A stretch of DNA of 64,000 bases, taken from IMG/VR virus record IMGVR_UViG_3300017766_004165, positions 4,655 to 68,654 of that record; one strand, written 5' to 3'. Below, in pieces: positions 58,879 to 64,000 of the stretch (the first letter of the stretch is position 1; each line of letters opens with the position of its first letter). Made by a program: the position numbers and the translations under genes. Source of the stretch: a virus. A model generated the notes under the pieces. It saw only the letters and a list, made by a program, of their open reading frames with translations. It did not search any database and had not been told where the DNA came from.

Positions 58879-58975
58879 AAAAAGTTGAAAGATTCATATC
58901 TTTACGTGGACATAATAATAGCATACGCTAACATTTATTAAAAATTCATGCAAAAACGCATTTAATTCGCTGAAG

Positions 58976-59644
58976 ATGAGTACTTTAAATATACCAGGAT
59001 TAATTGCTGGGAAGAAAACACTAGCTGAAAAGCATCTAACTGACGCTGAACTCCAAAAGGAAAGATTAAGGTTTGCAGAAATGCAGACATATAAATCTAA
59101 GCAGGATAAGCTAAAAGCAATGACTAGTGTGGTTAACAATAATGGCATACCAGATAGTATAACCTCAACTTACCATATGACCACTCAAGAGATTGTGGAT
59201 AAGTTTGGTGTCCAAACAGGAGATTATGTTTTTCCTTACCAGCAACCTTATCAACAACCTCTTGAGTTAGATAATTATAAAAAGTTTTTCCCTAATCCAT
59301 ATCCATCAACTCCTAAGACGTATGGGCCAAGTCCATCAAGAACTGGAATAAATAACCAGGATTGGGAGAAAGAGTTGATGAGTTATTTGAAACCTAAGAA
59401 ATCAGCTTTTGAAGAGATTCTTGATGTGCTGTTTACGACTGCTGAAAAAGAGCAGTTTTTGATTGATATTGGATATATGCTGAATTGGAATAATACTGAT
59501 GGAAGTCATGATATAACTAGAAAACTTGCATCTGGAGAGATAAAAACAATAACCAATAGTTTAAATGATCTGTTCTTAAAAGAGATCACTGTTAAATTTA
59601 AAAATCTATTATTAGCGAAAGCTACACTTAAACTCAAATTATGA
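58976..59644 (+). CDS. hypothetical protein
   Basis: 222-aa ORF, first gene of the plus block. Confidence 0.4.
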   Translation: MSTLNIPGLIAGKKTLAEKHLTDAELQKERLRFAEMQTYKSKQDKLKAMTSVVNNNGIPDSITSTYHMTTQEIVDKFGVQTGDYVFPYQQPYQQPLELDNYKKFFPNPYPSTPKTYGPSPSRTGINNQDWEKELMSYLKPKKSAFEEILDVLFTTAEKEQFLIDIGYMLNWNNTDGSHDITRKLASGEIKTITNSLNDLFLKEITVKFKNLLLAKATLKLKL

Positions 59645-59976
59645 AAAAACATTCTTACATGGTAGAAGATCCAAGTAAAGTAGCACCAGAAGACAGATGG
59701 CCAACTATGACTCCTGAGCAGATTGAAAATATTAGGAAAGGACTAAGAGATTTTCACAAAGATCACAAACAAGTAGATGGTATCTGGATTGAAGAAAAAA
59801 CCACAGAGTTTGATGGAATAGTATATGACTATTTCCGTTTGGAAGATGAAGATGGTTTTGCGATGATTTTTAATAAAAAAGTTTATACAGAAGATCAGGT
59901 TGTTGAGATCTTTAAAAAAAGCAAAGAAACTGATCCTGATTGGAATTATGGTAAACTATTTAAAACAATAAAATGA
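59641..59976 (+). CDS. hypothetical protein
   Basis: 4-nt overlap with the upstream gene. Confidence 0.35.
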   Translation: MKKHSYMVEDPSKVAPEDRWPTMTPEQIENIRKGLRDFHKDHKQVDGIWIEEKTTEFDGIVYDYFRLEDEDGFAMIFNKKVYTEDQVVEIFKKSKETDPDWNYGKLFKTIK

Positions 59977-60353
59977 TAGGAACAAAAATTAAAGTAGACA
60001 ACTCAGATCCTCTTAAAGATATGGGAGAAGTAACAGCTATTGATGCCACTGAACTTATGGATAAGATCATTCTGGCAGTAGATGGTACAGAGTATGTTAC
60101 AGTGGAAAATATCCTGAAGATGGGATGGCAGGAAGTAAAAGACAGAGGTATGGCGGAAAACAATGGATATTTGTTTTATGGCCCAAAGAACTGGGTATTA
60201 AGATTTTGGACAGTAGCACCCAGAATAGAACTCAGCTTTAAGAACTCAGTAGCCTTTGATTCAGCAAAAGCAGATCCAGAGAATTTTGGCCCAGGAAAGC
60301 AACTTAAGATGGGAATACTTAAAGAGAAGATGACAACGTATGCTATATTATAA
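59973..60353 (+). CDS. hypothetical protein
   Basis: 4-nt overlap; 126 aa. Confidence 0.35.
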   Translation: MIGTKIKVDNSDPLKDMGEVTAIDATELMDKIILAVDGTEYVTVENILKMGWQEVKDRGMAENNGYLFYGPKNWVLRFWTVAPRIELSFKNSVAFDSAKADPENFGPGKQLKMGILKEKMTTYAIL

Positions 60354-60423
60354 GCACTAATATCACGAAATCAATGAGTTAGATTTTATCTCGTAGATAA
60401 TTTAATTATTTTTACAAGGAGAA

Positions 60424-60852
60424 TTGACAACTCAAATATTTAGAAACCAAAGAGATATGGAAGATACACAAGTGATAGTAAAGACCATCAAAAAGTCTTT
60501 TACTGATAAGATCAAAGCGGGAATTACCTGGTTCAAGTTTATCTCTGCCATCAATGACATCAAGCTTGCAAAGCGAGAACTGGAATTGTTGGCATTCATT
60601 AACTTAAGGGGAACTATTAGTTCATCCTCAGCGAAAGAAGAATATGTAAAGCTTTTCAATTCCTCTCTTGGTACAGTTTCTAATATGACAGCGAGATTAC
60701 TTAAACCTAAAGTTGGATTACTGGTGAAAGATAAAGGTAAAACCAGGGTACATCCAGCGTTAAGAATAGATTTTGATAAAGATTTCGTGGTAAGGTTTTA
60801 TATTGATACTATTAAAGAACCTAAAACGGAGACAAATGTCAATGGAAATTAA
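60424..60852 (+). CDS. hypothetical protein
   Basis: 142 aa. Confidence 0.35.
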   Translation: MTTQIFRNQRDMEDTQVIVKTIKKSFTDKIKAGITWFKFISAINDIKLAKRELELLAFINLRGTISSSSAKEEYVKLFNSSLGTVSNMTARLLKPKVGLLVKDKGKTRVHPALRIDFDKDFVVRFYIDTIKEPKTETNVNGN

Positions 60853-61240
60853 AGAAGAGCTTCTCGACATAGAAGGTATTCAGAAAAGTAATAAGAATCT
60901 ATTAGAGTTATTCATAAGAAGAACGGCAGTTATTACTTCTACACAGGAAAGCATTACTGAGAAGATTATAAAAGATCAATGGAGTAAAGCTAATAAGATG
61001 ACTCAGCAGACTTCAGAAGTATCAGAAATAGATTTCTGTAACTTGGGTACACTGTATATGTCTTCAGCGAAAGCCAGAAAGAGGATAGCTAAGTTAGAAA
61101 GGATGAATGTAGCTTTGGCAGATAAGAACACAGAACAAAGAGAGATAGTAGATAAAAGAAGGGATACAATTATAGCTCAGAACCTTGTCACTATCAAAAA
61201 CATAAAGTTTAAAACAAAACAATTAACCAATGAAACTTAA
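60803..61240 (+). CDS. hypothetical protein
   Basis: 145 aa. Confidence 0.3.
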   Translation: MILLKNLKRRQMSMEIKEELLDIEGIQKSNKNLLELFIRRTAVITSTQESITEKIIKDQWSKANKMTQQTSEVSEIDFCNLGTLYMSSAKARKRIAKLERMNVALADKNTEQREIVDKRRDTIIAQNLVTIKNIKFKTKQLTNET

Positions 61241-61547
61241 TGTAAAACATATACTCGAAGGAATCAAAAATAGTATCTTCGTTAAAGAAGAAGTTGAAAA
61301 GATCGCCCAGATGCGACATGACATCTGCAAAGAGTGTCCTAAAAACTCAACAAATAAAGATAAGTCAGACTTTGATCCTGGTAAATATTTTTCAAGTTTT
61401 AGACCAGATGAACACTGCTCTATGTGTGCGTGTAACATCCATGCTAAGGTGAGAAGCTTACATACTAACTGCCCTATTGACAAATGGCCAGCGTTAGCGA
61501 CACCCCAGGAAGCAGCTAAAATAGCTGTGGTGCTAGATGAACTTTAA
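61230..61547 (+). CDS. zinc-finger (Cys4-type) protein
   Basis: CKECPKN ... CSMCAC pairs. Confidence 0.35.
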   Translation: MKLNVKHILEGIKNSIFVKEEVEKIAQMRHDICKECPKNSTNKDKSDFDPGKYFSSFRPDEHCSMCACNIHAKVRSLHTNCPIDKWPALATPQEAAKIAVVLDEL

Positions 61548-61822
61548 TCCATTAAATTAACCTTGATGACAGCAACAAATATTGATATAGAGGAATTTAT
61601 AAACGTGTTAACTGAGATCTATGCTTCTGGAGTAAAATTGATGAATTTGGATATGTTGCCTGATGAAAATCATCCAAGCATGAATAGATTAGTTATACAC
61701 CCAATTAAGATAACGAATGGAACGGACGGTTATCCCCAGGATACGAAAAGATTGATCGTCAAAAACCCAAGAATCAGCACAGACAATGATGATATTTTTA
61801 ATTCGTTTAAAGGACTTTTATA

Positions 61823-62158
61823 ATGCCAAAACCACAATATCAAAAAGTACCTAAACAAATAGATCTGTTTGGAAGAGTTATTAAGACATTTTATGATGCT
61901 GAGAAACTAGGAATCAGGAATGTTTATGGTGAAGCCAGATATGGTCAGAATGAAATTGGAATAAACCCCAAAATGCAATCTGGAGCTGCTGTATCTGAAG
62001 ATGAAATAAAGTTGACATATTTGCATGAAATGTTCCACTTTATACTTAACTTTACAGGACTGGAGAAACAATTACATGATTCTCAGTTTGATGTAGAACA
62101 AGTCATTGAATTACTAGCTTCTGGTATATATCAATATGAGAAGTCAGCAAAATATTAA
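61823..62158 (+). CDS. small HExxH-motif protein (putative metallopeptidase-like)
   Basis: LTYLHEMFHFILN contains HEMFH. Confidence 0.3.
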   Translation: MPKPQYQKVPKQIDLFGRVIKTFYDAEKLGIRNVYGEARYGQNEIGINPKMQSGAAVSEDEIKLTYLHEMFHFILNFTGLEKQLHDSQFDVEQVIELLASGIYQYEKSAKY

Positions 62159-62270
62159 AAATGAGAAAAGTAGTTAAGATAGGAGATTATTACTTTGAAT
62201 CATACCCTACCAAGTTAATTAGTTTAGGTATAGGGTATTGGAAATGGACTATGATACCTAATCAAAAAAT

Positions 62271-62342
62271 AGCGGGGTAGAGCAGCGGTAGCTCGAAAGC
62301 CTCATAAGCTTTAGGTCGTGAGTTCGATCCTCACTCCCGCTA
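62271..62342 (+). tRNA. tRNA-Met (anticodon CAT; elongator Met or Ile2-type)
   Basis: AGCGGGG/TCCCGCT acceptor, D-arm GAGC-AGCGGTA-GCTC, anticodon arm AAAGC-CTCATAA-GCTTT, T-arm GTGAG-TTCGATC-CTCAC. Confidence 0.75.
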
Positions 62343-62481
62343 CTCCGAGGGTGATCTGGGAATATAAGTGACGTTGGAATACCAGACTTGCGTGTATTTC
62401 TTTTTTCGTAAAAGTAAATATATTTTCTTTACACGACCCTTAGAACACAAAATAGAAACAAATTAAAATAAAATAAAGTCT

Positions 62482-63951
62482 ATGTTTAAAGAGATCTTAA
62501 TTGGAGAGTACGCAAACTACCTTATAGACGATAAGGGAGATTTATTTACTTATGATAATAGTGTATTAGTGAAAATACCTATGCCAGAAAAAGTTAAAAA
62601 AGGTGGAGCAGCTCATCCCTGGGCTTCAATCATTGGAGTATCAGGACAAGTTTATCTTGCTCTTGGAGACAGTTTAACTTGGAAGACTGTTCCTATTACT
62701 AATGGAGCAGAAAGTACATCAGGTATTTGGGAATATCATGCAGTAGTAAAAACAGATGGTAAAATATCTATGTTTAAAAATGATCTTACTGTTTTTCTTG
62801 AGTTAAAAGCACCAGTAGGTGTTAAGTTTGTTAAGGTTATAGCTGGTCATTATCTATTGGCTCTTACTGATACTGGAGATGTGTATAGTTATACATGGTG
62901 TTCTGCACCTAGAGTTTGGAAAACAGCAACAGAGCTTTCTCAATTAAACCCAGTAAAAATAAACTTGCCAGGAGCAGCTACTGATATTGCTACAAGTAGA
63001 AATATGTACAGTATTGCTATTGTAAATGGAGAGCCTTATGGATGGTGTGATACTTTTGGTGCGAGATATTTAGGTTTAGCTGGTGCAACTACAACTCCAG
63101 TTAATCTGAAAACAACATGGGGATTAACAGAAAAGATTGTTTCTATTGAAAGTAGTGATAACACTACACATATGATCACTGAAACAAGTAAACTATTAGG
63201 TGTAGGAGATGCTGCAATTGGTGAATTGGGTAATGGTCAGAAACACCCACAAGTACTGGCAACAAGTAACTGGGATATGGCTTGGCAACTTATTGTCACT
63301 AAAGCTGTAAATATTGGTAAACCTGGAATTAAATATACTAAAATATCTAAAGGTAACTCTTATGGATTTAGATTATTTGTTCAGGAAGAAAATGGTCAAT
63401 GGTCATCTTGTGGATATGGTAAATTTGGTCTTTTGTTAAATGGTATTAGACCTGTTGATGATATTAATAATATGGAACACTCTGTGGCTACAATCAGAAG
63501 AATTGTGACACCTTCAACATTAACAATAATTACTACTCAGCAGTTAAAGGCTATGTATGCAGCAGGAACTTATCCACCAGCAGAAGCACCATATATTCCT
63601 ATTGAAGTTCCTAATCAACCTCCAACTGTAAACGTTGGTGCTGATTTACAGTTTACATTACCATTGACATCTTTTACATTGGCTGGTAGTGCAGGTGATC
63701 TTGAAGGACAAATAGTATCTGTTGCATGGACACAAACACAAGGTGTTCCATTGATTATCTCAAATGATTCCTCTTTAGTTACTTTAATACAAGGTAATTT
63801 TCAACCAGGAACATACACTTTTAAGCTTGAAGTAACAGATGATAAAGGTGCAAAAGCATCAGATAGTATTAATATTACAATAAATCCAAAACCAAAAACA
63901 CTAGTAGCTACTATTAATGTTTATGATAACGGAGATGTTGAAAAAGTGTAA
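62482..63951 (+). CDS. large hypothetical protein, possibly structural with Ig-like C-terminal repeats
   Basis: 489 aa, Thr/Gly/Val-rich beta-type composition; no enzyme motif. Confidence 0.35.
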   Translation: MFKEILIGEYANYLIDDKGDLFTYDNSVLVKIPMPEKVKKGGAAHPWASIIGVSGQVYLALGDSLTWKTVPITNGAESTSGIWEYHAVVKTDGKISMFKNDLTVFLELKAPVGVKFVKVIAGHYLLALTDTGDVYSYTWCSAPRVWKTATELSQLNPVKINLPGAATDIATSRNMYSIAIVNGEPYGWCDTFGARYLGLAGATTTPVNLKTTWGLTEKIVSIESSDNTTHMITETSKLLGVGDAAIGELGNGQKHPQVLATSNWDMAWQLIVTKAVNIGKPGIKYTKISKGNSYGFRLFVQEENGQWSSCGYGKFGLLLNGIRPVDDINNMEHSVATIRRIVTPSTLTIITTQQLKAMYAAGTYPPAEAPYIPIEVPNQPPTVNVGADLQFTLPLTSFTLAGSAGDLEGQIVSVAWTQTQGVPLIISNDSSLVTLIQGNFQPGTYTFKLEVTDDKGAKASDSINITINPKPKTLVATINVYDNGDVEKV

Positions 63952-64000
63952 TTATAATTTATAAGGTTTCGAGAAGAAAGAAATCCTCCTCTCCCCCTAA

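Noticed and set aside
1-64000. Integrase, transposase, IS elements or prophage att sites
   Set aside because: No tyrosine- or serine-recombinase motifs, DDE transposase motifs or flanking direct repeats were recognised. The tRNAs are not adjacent to an integrase.

Overview
This window looks like part of a large, AT-rich virulent phage genome; I could not run homology searches. One long minus-strand gene block (about 1.35-58.7 kb) is flanked by short plus-strand blocks (0.1-1.2 kb and 59-64 kb). Recognisable content, by hand-read sequence motifs, in order: (1) nucleotide metabolism: RecA, a dNTP pyrophosphohydrolase fused to a 5'-deoxynucleotidase, a class II (B12-type) ribonucleotide reductase, dUTPase. 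(2) four paralogous calcineurin-like metallophosphoesterases ending in a split RNA-repair cassette (metallophosphoesterase, T4 Pnk-like polynucleotide kinase, winged-helix protein, Rnl2-like RNA ligase). (3) a replication module: FEN-like 5'-3' exonuclease, Hjc-like resolvase, CobS/CobT-like AAA+/VWA pair, Toprim primase, SSB with a DDLPF tail, P-loop ATPase, SF2 helicase, DnaB-like helicase, family A DNA polymerase. (4) a minus-strand RNA gene cluster: ten tRNAs, several with odd features, plus a tmRNA-like gene at 37160-37567. (5) an accessory module: SpoT/Mesh1-like small alarmone hydrolase, VWA protein, PncA-like nicotinamidase, Ser/Thr kinase-like protein, PP2C-like phosphatase, possible FHA protein, cytidylyltransferase/NMNAT-like protein. 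(6) an AT-rich, low-coding moron-like region (53.2-58.7 kb) with signal-peptide and outer-membrane beta-barrel proteins, dispersed repeats and a candidate structured RNA. (7) a divergent promoter region at about 58.7-59.0 kb leading into plus-strand genes and a tRNA-Met. The most interesting items are the tmRNA-like gene, the split RNA-repair cassette, the kinase/PP2C/VWA/FHA module, the NAD-related enzymes and the alarmone hydrolase. All function calls are provisional motif reads.
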